Origin: Pseudomonadota bacterium
GTDB taxonomy: Bacteria; Pseudomonadota; Gammaproteobacteria; SURF-13
DNA length: 64,000 nucleotides
Reading direction: 5' to 3'
NCBI GenBank assembly: GCA_041695325.1
Contig: JBGFRC010000019.1
Location: 871 to 64,870, forward strand
Below the pieces are notes generated by a model that searched no databases, had not been told where the DNA came from, and saw nothing but the letters and a program-made list of their open reading frames with translations. The position numbers were made by a program, and so were the translations under genes. This document shows, one piece after another, positions 48,774 to 58,026 of the stretch (positions within the stretch are counted from its first letter, which is position 1; every line of letters starts with the position of its first letter).

Positions 48774-49538
48774 GTGGCCAATACGATACTGATCGTGGAT
48801 GACGAGCCGGCCATCTGTGAGATGACCGGCTTCGCGCTCGCGCGCGCGGGCTATGACCACAGCGAGGCGCACAATGCCGAACAGGCGCAGGCGAAAATCA
48901 ACGCCGAACCTCCGCTGTTGATCCTGCTCGACTGGATGCTGCCGGGCTTAAGCGGCCTGGACTTCGCGCGCCGCCTGAAACGCGAGGAGGCGACGCGCGC
49001 GATACCCATCATCATGCTCACCGCGCGCGGCGAAGAGGCCGACAAGATCAAGGGCCTGGAAACCGGCGCCGACGATTACATCACCAAGCCGTTCTCGCCC
49101 AATGAGCTGCTGGCGCGCATCCGCGCGGTGTTGCGCCGCACCGCGCCTCAGGCCACCGACGACGCCGTTGAAATCGCCCACCTGCATCTTGATCCCGCCA
49201 GCCACCGCGTGAGCTCGCGCGGGCACGCCGTGGACATGGGGCCCACGGAATTCCGCCTGTTGCATTTTTTCATGACTCACGCCGGGCGCGTGTACAGCCG
49301 CAGCCAATTGCTCGATCTGGTGTGGGGCAGGAACGTCTACATCGGCGAGCGCACCGTGGACGTGCACATCCGCCGTCTGCGCCTGGCGCTGAAGAAATAC
49401 GGTCACGACCACCTGATAGAAACCGTGCGCGGCTCAGGTTACCGCTTCTTTGCGCCAGCCCAAACCCCCCAGCCGTTCGACAAGCTCACGGCCACCTCCT
49501 TTGAAAAAGGGGTCGAGCGTAAGCGAGGGGGGACTTAA
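48774..49538 (+). CDS. phoB: Phosphate regulon response regulator PhoB, with an atypical ~25-aa C-terminal tail
   Basis: Collinear with E. coli PhoB throughout ([20 protein letters not shown]...[53 protein letters not shown]...[18 protein letters not shown]). GTG start. Confidence 0.93.
   Translation: MANTILIVDDEPAICEMTGFALARAGYDHSEAHNAEQAQAKINAEPPLLILLDWMLPGLSGLDFARRLKREEATRAIPIIMLTARGEEADKIKGLETGADDYITKPFSPNELLARIRAVLRRTAPQATDDAVEIAHLHLDPASHRVSSRGHAVDMGPTEFRLLHFFMTHAGRVYSRSQLLDLVWGRNVYIGERTVDVHIRRLRLALKKYGHDHLIETVRGSGYRFFAPAQTPQPFDKLTATSFEKGVERKRGGT
49495..49536. repeat. Degenerate REP-like half element inside the 3' end of phoB
   Basis: CCTCCTTTGAAAAAGGGG...GGGGGGACTT resembles the inner hairpin and one outer arm of the type-1 REP. 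Confidence 0.35.
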
Positions 49539-49827
49539 GGAAGCTCCGAATAAGTCCATCCTGCGACGCACAGGGATGTGCTAGTGTCGCGGGAGGCAGG
49601 ATGCCGTGAGCGACTACTTCTCAGGGCACGGCCGCTCCTGCGCATCCCTGCGCCCGTCTGCCTGCTGCAGGCAGGCGGCATTGGGGCGTCCCTGCCCGGC
49701 AAAAAGCAAAAACGCGGCTATATGATTTCTTGTGGCGCTTTTCTTCATTTTTCAAACACGTATGTGTATGGAAAAAGGGCGGTGCGTCCCTGCACCGCAC
49801 GGAACCTCTGACTTAATCAGAGGTTCC
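49539..49827. mobile_element. MITE-like element, family B copy 2 (289 bp), flanked by TTAA direct repeats
   Basis: Left end GGAAGCTCCGAATAAGTC. The right end reverse-complements to GGAACCTCTGATTAAGTC. TTAA at 49535-49538 and 49828-49831. Core shared with family A. Confidence 0.8.
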
Positions 49828-49854
49828 TTAAAGAATTTTATGTCAAGAAAATAG

Positions 49855-49892
49855 ACCTGACCCCATTGGGTTTGACCCCATTGGGTTCAGGT
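49855..49892. terminator. Long imperfect hairpin built on a GACCCCATTGGGTT direct repeat; possible terminator of the M48-pilin gene
   Basis: ACCTGACCCCATTGGGTTTGACCCCATTGGGTTCAGGT, followed on the minus strand by CTATTTTCTT. 16 nt past the stop at 49908. Confidence 0.35.
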
Positions 49893-49907
49893 TCTCCAAT
49901 CTGCGGG

Positions 49908-51116
49908 TTATTGCCCCACTACCTGGCAATAACGCTCCAGATATTGTTTGGCGAGGGTATCGCTTTCACACGCCCACACTTCTCCTTCGCTCCCCTCGAT
50001 ATAGCCCAGCACCACCGACCCCTGCAGCGCCCCCGCCATCGTGACGGTGATGATCCCGCCTTCGCTCACCACGATGGACTGGATATTTTTGCCATAGCCG
50101 TCCGTTACGGGCAGGTTGAGCTCTTCATTGCTGTTGGGCAGGGCGTTATTATCCAGACGGTAGGTGTCAATGGTGGTCTTCACGTGGCCGATTTCGACGA
50201 AGACGTCCGCTACGTTGGCGCGTGTTTGAAACTCTTGATACGCCGGAAAGGAAATCGCGGCGAGGATACCGATGACCACCAGTAAAATAATCATCCCGCC
50301 CGCCGCCCCTCGGCCCAGCCCCAGGCGCGGAATAAACAGCGCCAGCAGCCAGGCGAAAAAATTGCGCCCCGGCAGGCGCAGCGGCTGCTTGGCAATCAAG
50401 GCATCCAGCGTGGCCACGCGCTTGGTGAGCCAGGGATAGTCGCCGATCAGCTCATGAAAGGACATCCAAAAACCGCGTGTGTCCTGGGCGGCATAGTGCT
50501 GATGACTGAGCGTACGCCAGCGTTTGGCGCCCGCCGCCAGCGCCGCTATCCCCGCTTTTGCATCATTCGGATCGGTGACACAGGCAAGACCGTAGCGATC
50601 ACAGGTGTATTCACGCGCCCTGGAGTAGCCCGCGCCGAGCAGCGGCAGCATGCTCGCCGGCCAGGTGAATACATGCCACTTGAGGTGGCCGCGATGTACG
50701 TGCCCCAGCTCATGGCCGATATAAAAGTTAAGGGCGCCCGGTTGCGCCTCCAGCGCGTCGGCGAGCTCGGAATAGAGGGCGATGAAATTACGCCCCAGGA
50801 AGCGCGTGGCGAAGGCGTTGAACGCTCCGTCGGAGCGCAGCAAATAGGCATCAGGAATTTTGTTGATGCCCAGCCTGGCGCAGCAGGCGGCAACGCGCTC
50901 ATAGAGATCGGGAAACTGTTGCGCGGTGATCTTGACCGCCGTTCCCTTCAGATAAGAAATAAAAGCCGACCGGAAAAACAGATAAAAGATAAAAGCCGCC
51001 GCCGCGTAGATCAGCGCGATGCCGGAGGTAACGGCGATTACACCCATCCAAATCAACAGTGAGATGACAACCAGAGTCCAGAACAACGGTTTCTCGTGTT
51101 TATAGACCAGGTTCAT
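49908..51116 (-). CDS. Membrane M48-family zinc metalloprotease fused to a C-terminal type IV pilin-like domain
   Basis: ATG 51116 with a GGGAGGG SD. Two N-terminal TM segments, YIGHELGHVHRGH (HExxH) and REYTCDRYG. C-terminal 129 aa GMIILLVVIGILAAISFPAYQEFQTRA...WACESD...ERYCQ. Confidence 0.8.
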   Translation of the reverse strand: MNLVYKHEKPLFWTLVVISLLIWMGVIAVTSGIALIYAAAAFIFYLFFRSAFISYLKGTAVKITAQQFPDLYERVAACCARLGINKIPDAYLLRSDGAFNAFATRFLGRNFIALYSELADALEAQPGALNFYIGHELGHVHRGHLKWHVFTWPASMLPLLGAGYSRAREYTCDRYGLACVTDPNDAKAGIAALAAGAKRWRTLSHQHYAAQDTRGFWMSFHELIGDYPWLTKRVATLDALIAKQPLRLPGRNFFAWLLALFIPRLGLGRGAAGGMIILLVVIGILAAISFPAYQEFQTRANVADVFVEIGHVKTTIDTYRLDNNALPNSNEELNLPVTDGYGKNIQSIVVSEGGIITVTMAGALQGSVVLGYIEGSEGEVWACESDTLAKQYLERYCQVVGQ

Positions 51117-51159
51117 AAACGACCCTCCCTCGGTTATCAAACGCCGGCTGCAGCCGCTC

Positions 51160-51188
51160 ATCATTCCGCCCCCCTGGAGCGGTGTCAA
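51160..51188 (-). promoter_or_regulatory. Candidate sigma70 promoter for the M48-pilin gene (TTGACA-17-AATGAT on the minus strand)
   Basis: Read by eye in the 83-nt gap after the VIT1 gene. Confidence 0.25.
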
Positions 51189-51199
51189 GCGCGGCGTTT

Positions 51200-52246
51200 T
51201 CAGCCCAGCCCCGCCCCAAGCGCGCCGCCTATTAAATAAGAGACTGCGCCCGCGCCGGCGCCGATCAGCACCATGCGTGCGCCGCCCCGCAGTGCGCGGC
51301 GGCCGGTGAACAGGCTCAACACCGCGCCCACCGTAAACAGGCTCAAGGCGGCAATCCCCGCGCTGAGCGGCACGGCGCCGGCCGTCTTCACGTTTAAAAC
51401 AAACGGCGCAAGCGGAATCAACGCCCCCGCCGCGAAGGCGAGAAACGAAGACAGCGCCGCGCGTGAAGGCGAGCCGAGCTCGGACGGATTCAACCCCAGC
51501 TCCTCGCGCGCCAGGGTGTCCAGCGCGTGCTGCGGATGTTTCAGCAAGCCGCGCGCGAACTCACGCGCCCGCTCCATGTCCGCGCCGCGCGCCTGATAGA
51601 TGAGCGCAAGCTCCTCGGCCTCCGCGTCGGGATATTCTTCCAGTTCCTCGCGCTCCAGCGCGATCTGGTATTCATACATTTCACGCTGCGAACGCATGGA
51701 GACATACTCACCCGCCGCCATGGACAAGGCGCCCGCCAGCAGGCCCGCAATGCCGGTCAGTAAAATAATCCCCGCATCCGCCGTCGCGCCCGCCACGCCC
51801 ATGATGAGGCTGGTATTGGAGACCAGGCCGTCATTGACGCCGAACACGGCGGCGCGCAGCGTACCGCCGCTGTTCACACCTCGGTGCCGCTGACCGAAGT
51901 CTTGCACCGAGGCGGGCATGGGATGCCCCGCAGCGGCGCCGTAGCCGGCGCTGTAAACCGACAGGCCGCGTACCTTGGCCGCGGCGAGCACCGGGCGCAG
52001 CGCGCGCGGGCCGAACCAGCGCAGCAGCCGCGCCACCAGGCGCACGCGCAGGGAGGGATGGAATTCGTCGGCAACGGGGGTGGCGGCCTCACGCGCCTGC
52101 TGCGCCCAGATGCGCGCCTGCGCTTCGGCGGCCTCGGCCAGCTTTTGGAACAGCGCGCTCTTGACCGGATCACGCTCTGCCTGCGCCAGCACACGGTAAA
52201 GATACGCCGAGCGCATCTCCTCGGCCCAGCTTTCGATTTGCGACAT
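51200..52246 (-). CDS. VIT1/CCC1-family iron/manganese transporter with N-terminal helical (ferritin/erythrin-like) domain
   Basis: FGVNDGLVSNTSLIMGVAGA, AGEYVSMRSQRE, C-terminal TM bundle. MbfA-like architecture. Confidence 0.8.
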   Translation of the reverse strand: MSQIESWAEEMRSAYLYRVLAQAERDPVKSALFQKLAEAAEAQARIWAQQAREAATPVADEFHPSLRVRLVARLLRWFGPRALRPVLAAAKVRGLSVYSAGYGAAAGHPMPASVQDFGQRHRGVNSGGTLRAAVFGVNDGLVSNTSLIMGVAGATADAGIILLTGIAGLLAGALSMAAGEYVSMRSQREMYEYQIALEREELEEYPDAEAEELALIYQARGADMERAREFARGLLKHPQHALDTLAREELGLNPSELGSPSRAALSSFLAFAAGALIPLAPFVLNVKTAGAVPLSAGIAALSLFTVGAVLSLFTGRRALRGGARMVLIGAGAGAVSYLIGGALGAGLG

Positions 52247-52318
52247 ATCCCCGCCCCGCCATTGCCGCGCCCGCCTTAACTAGGCTAACATGCCAAGCCT
52301 CACCGGACAATTTGTCTT

Positions 52319-52555
52319 ATGCCCAAGAAACCACCGCTGGATTTTGAACAAGCCTTGAAGGAGCTGGAGGCGCTGGTCGAGCGCATGGAGCAGGGCGAGA
52401 TCAGCCTGGAGGACTCGCTCAAACACTTCGAGCGCGGCATCGAGCTCACGCGCGCCTGCCAGAGGGCCCTGCGCGAGGCGGAGCAGAAGGTGCACATCCT
52501 CATGGAAAAGGACGGTGCGTCGCGCATCGAGCCTTTTGAACCGGAGGAAGAGTAG
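52319..52555 (+). CDS. xseB: Exodeoxyribonuclease VII small subunit
   Basis: [42 protein letters not shown]. Confidence 0.92.
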   Translation: MPKKPPLDFEQALKELEALVERMEQGEISLEDSLKHFERGIELTRACQRALREAEQKVHILMEKDGASRIEPFEPEEE

Positions 52556-52590
52556 GCGCCCCTTTCCTCCCGCGTCGCGATCAATTATTC

Positions 52591-53481
52591 ATGTCACTTG
52601 AAGCGCTGCTCAACGAGTATCAGGCGCGCGTTGAGCGCGCGCTGAACGATTGTCTGCCGCCAGCCGACTCCGCTCCCGCGGAGCTGCATCGCGCGATGCG
52701 CTATGCGGTGCTCGACGGCGGCAAGCGCATCCGCCCCGCCCTGGTGTACGCCGTCGGAAGCGCGATGGGCGCCGAGGCGGCCGCGCTCGATGCGCCCGCC
52801 TGCGCGGTGGAGCTGATACACGCCTATTCGCTGGTGCACGATGATCTGCCCGCGATGGACAACGATGACCTGCGCCGCGGCAAACCGACCTGCCACAAGG
52901 CGTTCGGCGAGGCGACCGCCATCCTCGCCGGCGACGCGCTGATCGCGCTTGCGTTTCAATTGCTTGCCCACGGTGCGCCGCCCTCGGTCACCGACTCCAT
53001 GCGCGTGAAGATGATTGAAACATTGGCGCAGGCCAGCGGCTCGCATGGCATGGCGGGCGGACAGGCGCTGGACCTCGCGGCAGTCGGTAAAAATCCAAGC
53101 CTGGCCGAACTGGAGTTGATGCACGTACAGAAAACCGGCACGCTGATCCGCGCCAGCGTGTTGCTCGGCGCCTATTGCAGCCGAGACGCGGATCAGGCCT
53201 TATTGAGCAAGCTTGACCGCTACGCCAAACGCATCGGGCTTGCGTTTCAGATTCAAGACGACATCCTGGATGAAACCGGTGACACGCAAACCCTGGGCAA
53301 ACTCCGCGGCGCGGATCGCGCGCGCAACAAGCCCACCTATCCCGCGCTGCTCGGCCTCAGCCAGGCCAGGCAAATCGCCTGTGACCTGCGTGACGCAGCC
53401 CTGGACAGCCTGACGGGCCTGGACGGCCGCGCCGACGCGTTGCGCCGGCTCGCGCACTATATCGTGGCCAGGACAAGCTAG
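52591..53481 (+). CDS. ispA: Farnesyl diphosphate synthase
   Basis: FARM (first Asp-rich) motif LVHDDLPAMDNDDLRRGKPT and SARM (second Asp-rich) motif FQIQDDILD. Confidence 0.95.
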   Translation: MSLEALLNEYQARVERALNDCLPPADSAPAELHRAMRYAVLDGGKRIRPALVYAVGSAMGAEAAALDAPACAVELIHAYSLVHDDLPAMDNDDLRRGKPTCHKAFGEATAILAGDALIALAFQLLAHGAPPSVTDSMRVKMIETLAQASGSHGMAGGQALDLAAVGKNPSLAELELMHVQKTGTLIRASVLLGAYCSRDADQALLSKLDRYAKRIGLAFQIQDDILDETGDTQTLGKLRGADRARNKPTYPALLGLSQARQIACDLRDAALDSLTGLDGRADALRRLAHYIVARTS

Positions 53482-53718
53482 CAGGCTGTTGAGAAACAGC
53501 CTGCGTGCGGTGCAGGGGCGAGCAGCACTGCTGCGAGCGGGCAAGCCAAGGATGGCTTGCCCTGGTCTTGCAAGCGAAGCAGGATGCGAGAGCGCCGCAG
53601 GCACCGCCATTTTTCAAGCACGCTTCATGTGCTTGAAAAATGAAGCAAAGCGAAAATGATACTGTTCGCTTTGCGAGTTGAAAAAGCCCATGGAAGGGCT
53701 TTTTCAACAACCTGCTAG
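53478..53718. mobile_element. MITE-like element, family A copy 2 (241 bp), between ispA and dxs
   Basis: Same TIRs and terminal hairpins as 42298-42474, with a longer variable segment. Its CTAG terminus contains the ispA TAG stop. Confidence 0.85.
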
Positions 53719-53791
53719 GGTACCCCGGCATTCGGCAATGTGTTAAAGTGACACTTCGCAGTCAGCCGTATCACTCGGTCAGCGCCACCTC

Positions 53792-55669
53792 ATGTACTCT
53801 CTGCTAGACACCGTACACACGCCGGATGACTTACGCCGGCTGGACGAAACCCGGCTCGCCCCGCTTGCCGCCGAGCTGCGCGCGTTTCTGCTTGAATCCG
53901 TCGGACGCACCGGCGGGCATCTGGCCGCGGGGCTGGGGACGGTGGAGCTGACCATTGCGCTGCATTATGTGTTCGACACCCCGCACGACCGCCTGGTGTG
54001 GGACACCGGCCATCAGGCCTACCCGCACAAAATCCTCACCGGCCGTCGCGAGGCCATGCGCACCCTGCGTAAAAAAAACGGCCTGTCCGGTTTTCCCAAA
54101 CGCGATGAAAGCCCGTACGACGCCTTCGGCGTGGGCCACGCGGGCACGGCGGTATCCGCCGCCCTGGGCATGGTGCTGGCGCACTCTTTAGAGGGCGGGC
54201 AGAAGGACGCGCACAAGGTGATCGCGGTGCTGGGCGACGGCGCGCTCACCGCAGGTTTGTCATTCGAGGCGCTGAATCACGCGGGTGATCTCGCCGCGAA
54301 TCTGCTGGTGATCCTGAACGACAACGACATGTCCATCTCACCCAACGTGGGCGGCGTGTCCAATTATCTCGCGCGCGTGCTCTCGGGCAAGATTTACTCC
54401 ACCGTGCGCGAGCGCGGCAAGCGTATTCTTGCCGCGATGCCGCCGGTGCAGGACTGGGCGCGCCGCGCCGAGGAACACGTGAAGGGCATGGTGATGCCGG
54501 GCACGCTGTTCGAGGAAATCGGCTTTAACTATATCGGACCGATAGACGGCCATGACCTGTCCACGCTGCTCACCACGCTGCGTAACATGCGCGCGCTCAA
54601 AGGTCCGCAGTTTTTGCACGTGGTGACGCAAAAGGGCAAGGGCTACCAGCCCGCCGAGAGCGATCCGTGCGCCTATCACGGCGTGGCCGCGTTTGACATC
54701 GAAAGCGGCGAACCGCTGGCAAGGCCTGGCGCCAAGCCCACCTACACGCAGGTGTTCAGTGACTGGCTGTGCGACATGGCGGAGCGTGAGCCGCGCCTCG
54801 TCGCCATCACGCCCGCGATGCGCGAGGGATCGGGGCTGGTCGAATTTTCCGGAAAATATCCCACACGCTATTTCGACGTCGGCATCGCCGAGCAGCACGC
54901 GGTGACGCTGGCCGCGGGCCTCGCGTGCGAGGGCTTAAAGCCCGTGGTGGCGATCTATTCCAGTTTTCTACAGCGCGCCTACGATCAGGTGATACACGAC
55001 GTGGCGCTGCAAAACCTGCCGGTGCTGTTCGCCGTAGACCGCGCCGGCCTGGTTGGCCCCGACGGCCCCACGCACGCGGGCGCGTTTGATTTGAGCTTTC
55101 TGCGCTGCGTGCCGAACCTGGTCCTCATGACGCCGGCTGATGAAAACGAATGCCGCGCCATGCTCACCACCGGCTTTATGCACAACGGCCCCTCGGCGGT
55201 GCGCTATCCGCGCGGCGCCGGCCCAGGCGCCGCCATCAAGCCCGCATTGACCGCACTCCCCATCGGCAAGGCACAAGTGCGGCGCAAGGGGAAGAAAATC
55301 GCGCTGCTCGCCTTCGGCGCCACGTTACAACCCGCGCTCGCGGCGGCGGACGAAATCAACGCCACGGTCATCAACATGCGCTTCGTCAAACCACTGGATG
55401 TAAATCTCGTGCTACAGACCGCGGCCACGCACGAGCTGCTGGTCACGCTGGAAGACAATGTAGTCATGGGCGGCGCGGGCGGGGCCATCGCCGAATGCCT
55501 GGCACAGGCGGACGTGCAGGTCGCGTTGATCAACCTCGGCTTGCCCGACCACTTCATCGAACAGGGTACACGCGAAGAATTGCTCAGTGACTGCGGCCTG
55601 GATGCCGCGGGCATCCTGCGCGCGGTGCGCCTGCACTTTGAACAGCAGCGTGCGGTTCAACTAAAATAG
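53792..55669 (+). CDS. dxs: 1-deoxy-D-xylulose-5-phosphate synthase
   Basis: [55 protein letters not shown]. Confidence 0.97.
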   Translation: MYSLLDTVHTPDDLRRLDETRLAPLAAELRAFLLESVGRTGGHLAAGLGTVELTIALHYVFDTPHDRLVWDTGHQAYPHKILTGRREAMRTLRKKNGLSGFPKRDESPYDAFGVGHAGTAVSAALGMVLAHSLEGGQKDAHKVIAVLGDGALTAGLSFEALNHAGDLAANLLVILNDNDMSISPNVGGVSNYLARVLSGKIYSTVRERGKRILAAMPPVQDWARRAEEHVKGMVMPGTLFEEIGFNYIGPIDGHDLSTLLTTLRNMRALKGPQFLHVVTQKGKGYQPAESDPCAYHGVAAFDIESGEPLARPGAKPTYTQVFSDWLCDMAEREPRLVAITPAMREGSGLVEFSGKYPTRYFDVGIAEQHAVTLAAGLACEGLKPVVAIYSSFLQRAYDQVIHDVALQNLPVLFAVDRAGLVGPDGPTHAGAFDLSFLRCVPNLVLMTPADENECRAMLTTGFMHNGPSAVRYPRGAGPGAAIKPALTALPIGKAQVRRKGKKIALLAFGATLQPALAAADEINATVINMRFVKPLDVNLVLQTAATHELLVTLEDNVVMGGAGGAIAECLAQADVQVALINLGLPDHFIEQGTREELLSDCGLDAAGILRAVRLHFEQQRAVQLK

Positions 55670-55673
55670 CACA

Positions 55674-56057
55674 ATGTCAGCGCGCTACACGTTAAAAATC
55701 ATCGAGGACTTCGCCTCGGCGCACACCCTGCGCGATTATCCCGGCGACTGTAACCGCATGCACGGCCACAACTGGAAAATCGAAGTCGAGGTGGTGGCGG
55801 AAAAACTGGATTCCGTCGGCATGGGCGTGGATTTCAAGGTCATCAAAACCGCCGCGCGCGTGCTCGCCAAACAGCTTGATCATCGCTACTTAAACGACAT
55901 CGAGCCGTTTGACAGGGTGAATCCCACCGCGGAAAACCTCGCCGCGTTTTTTTACCGGGGCCTGTCCCAGGCGCTTAACAACGAACGGCTGCGCGTGAGC
56001 AGCGTGACGATGTGGGAAACCGAGCGCGCCAGCGCGCGCTATAGTGAGTACCCATAA
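55674..56057 (+). CDS. queD: 6-carboxy-5,6,7,8-tetrahydropterin synthase
   Basis: CNRMHGHNWKIEVEV..., about 127 aa. Confidence 0.9.
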   Translation: MSARYTLKIIEDFASAHTLRDYPGDCNRMHGHNWKIEVEVVAEKLDSVGMGVDFKVIKTAARVLAKQLDHRYLNDIEPFDRVNPTAENLAAFFYRGLSQALNNERLRVSSVTMWETERASARYSEYP

Positions 56058-56065
56058 GGGCATCT

Positions 56066-56707
56066 CTAAAAATGCGCCTGCTTCAGCACCAGCGTCTGGC
56101 CGGTGTTCTGCATGTCCAGGCGGCCCAGAAACGACATGCCGAGCAGCGCCTCGGTGGGGAAGCCGCCTTCCACCACCAGACCTTCCACGGCGCGCAGCTC
56201 GATGTCGCCGACCTTCACCTTGTCCAGCCTCACCTGATAGCCCTGTGCGTTGCCGGAGGCGGTGAACACCGTCATGGGCCGGCCGTTGACGCGGTACTCT
56301 ATCCCCAGGCGCTTGGCCTCCCCCACGTTCATGGCGACGTGGGTGGCGCCGGTATCCACTAGAAAGCGCACCGCAAAATTGTTGATATTGCCGTTTACCC
56401 TGTACATGCCCCGCGGGTCGCGCGCAATCTGCACGCTGTTCTCCTTGCGTTTGGCGTAATTCGTGCCCACCTGATTACTAAGGCGGTACAGGGCGGGCTT
56501 GCCGTTCACCTCCAGCACCGCCTCTTTGCTGCTGGCGGAGATCAGGCGCACCCCTTCCGGGCTGGTTTGCCCGACGCTGAGCGCCTGCTGTCTGCCGTCT
56601 ATCAACAGCACCACGCGATCCTTGAACAACGCCACCACGCTCACGTTTTTCACCGCCCAGGCGGGCAGGCTTAAAAATAAACCGCATGCAATCAGCAGCC
56701 ATCTCAT
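56066..56707 (-). CDS. Retropepsin-like (clan AA) aspartic protease, membrane/periplasm anchored
   Basis: Signal/anchor MRWLLIACGLFLSLPAWA and FLVDTGATHVAMN active-site motif. Confidence 0.8.
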   Translation of the reverse strand: MRWLLIACGLFLSLPAWAVKNVSVVALFKDRVVLLIDGRQQALSVGQTSPEGVRLISASSKEAVLEVNGKPALYRLSNQVGTNYAKRKENSVQIARDPRGMYRVNGNINNFAVRFLVDTGATHVAMNVGEAKRLGIEYRVNGRPMTVFTASGNAQGYQVRLDKVKVGDIELRAVEGLVVEGGFPTEALLGMSFLGRLDMQNTGQTLVLKQAHF

Positions 56708-56745
56708 ATTACAACACCATTTGCTTATATAATCTGGTTTCTCCC

Positions 56746-57498
56746 ATGAAGCCTGTCGCCCTTTTCCGTCATGCCCCGCACGAGGGGCCGGGATACTTCG
56801 CCGAATTCCTGGATCAGCGGCGTATTCCCTATGAAATGATCTGCATAGATCGGGGCGATCCGGTCCCGGACCGGCTCGACGCCGCCTCCGCCCTGGTGTT
56901 CATGGGCGGTCCGATGAGCGTTAATGATACGCTGCCCTGGATCGAGAAGGAACTGGCGCTCATCCGCCTGGCCGCTGCAAACGCCATGCCGGTGCTGGGG
57001 CATTGCCTGGGCGGTCAGCTCATCAGCAAGGCCCTGGGGGGGCGGGTGACGAAAAACCCGGTCAAGGAAATCGGCTGGGGCCCGGTGCGGCGCGTTGAAA
57101 ACGCGGCGGCGCGCGACTGGCTGGGCGATCTGCCCGAAGAATTCGAGGTGTTCCACTGGCACGGCGAGACGTTTTCCCTGCCGCCGGGGGCCACGCTGAT
57201 TTTGTCGAGCGCGTATTGTCCCCATCAAGCCTTCGTGCTCGGCAACATGCTGGCGTTGCAGTGTCACGTCGAGATGACCGCCGCCATGGTGCAGAGCTGG
57301 TGTGAGGAGGAACCTGATACGGTGCCTCACCCCACACCCGGCGTACAGGGCGCGAGCGAGATGCTGCATGACGTGCACGCCAGGACGGAAGCCTTGCAGG
57401 GCATCGCGCGCGTTTTGTATTCTCGCTGGCTGACGCCGCTGCTTGCGCCCCGTGCTGACGCAAAGTATTATGCTGGACAGAAATGGGAAAAAGGGTAA
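56746..57498 (+). CDS. Class I glutamine amidotransferase-like protein
   Basis: LVFMGGPMSVND, nucleophile elbow VLGHCLGGQL, FHWHGETF. ATG 56746 chosen. Confidence 0.85.
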   Translation: MKPVALFRHAPHEGPGYFAEFLDQRRIPYEMICIDRGDPVPDRLDAASALVFMGGPMSVNDTLPWIEKELALIRLAAANAMPVLGHCLGGQLISKALGGRVTKNPVKEIGWGPVRRVENAAARDWLGDLPEEFEVFHWHGETFSLPPGATLILSSAYCPHQAFVLGNMLALQCHVEMTAAMVQSWCEEEPDTVPHPTPGVQGASEMLHDVHARTEALQGIARVLYSRWLTPLLAPRADAKYYAGQKWEKG

Positions 57499-57588
57499 AC
57501 TCAGGCTATGCCTCATCAGCGGCCTCGTCTCGGCGGGCGTTGATGAACGCAATGATCGGGAAAAATCACACATAACGAGGTTGCAAGC

Positions 57589-57789
57589 ATGATCGGCACG
57601 GTAAAGTGGTTCAACGAAAGCAAAGGTTTTGGTTTTATTACACCCAGCGACGGCAGCCCCGACGTATTTGTACATTACTCGGCCATCGCGGCGAGCGGCT
57701 TCAAGACCCTCAGCGAGGGGCAGAAGGTGGAATTTGAAACCACCAAGGGACCTAAGGGACTGCAAGCGGCGAACGTCAGACCCGCCTGA
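57589..57789 (+). CDS. Cold-shock protein (CspA family)
   Basis: [17 protein letters not shown] (RNP1) and VFVHYSAI (RNP2). Confidence 0.95.
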   Translation: MIGTVKWFNESKGFGFITPSDGSPDVFVHYSAIAASGFKTLSEGQKVEFETTKGPKGLQAANVRPA

Positions 57790-57797
57790 CGCCCCCG

Positions 57798-57818
57798 CAG
57801 GCGGCGGGTCGCCTGTTT
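57798..57818 (+). terminator. Weak terminator-like hairpin after csp
   Basis: CAGGCG-GCGGGT-CGCCTG followed by TTT. Confidence 0.35.
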
Positions 57819-57853
57819 ACTCTCCGGGGCGTGGTTGTTCCGGGGGAACGACC

Positions 57854-57982
57854 ATGACAGTACACAAACACCTTTATTGGCTGTTGACCCTCATGCTGTG
57901 CGCCGCATTGAGCGGCTGCGGGCAGAAAGGTGACCTGTATCTGCCGGACGATCGCGCGGGCGAACAAAAGCAGCGGTATTAA
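57854..57982 (+). CDS. lptM: Small lipoprotein LptM/YifL-like
   Basis: 42 aa, lipobox LSGC followed by GQKGDLYLP, located directly upstream of lysA. This is only the tail of track ORF 57629-57982. Confidence 0.75.
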   Translation: MTVHKHLYWLLTLMLCAALSGCGQKGDLYLPDDRAGEQKQRY

Positions 57983-58026
57983 AATTCCCCGCGCTTGGGG
58001 AGGCGCGGACCGCGTCTTACTCCATC

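Noticed and set aside
56725-57765. 346-aa minus-strand ORF
   Set aside because: Antisense to the glutamine amidotransferase and csp genes, both of which carry clear motifs.
57629-57853. First 75 codons of ORF 57629-57982
   Set aside because: They overlap the csp gene out of frame. Only the last 42 codons (lipobox LSGC plus GQKGDLYLP) form a credible gene (lptM-like).
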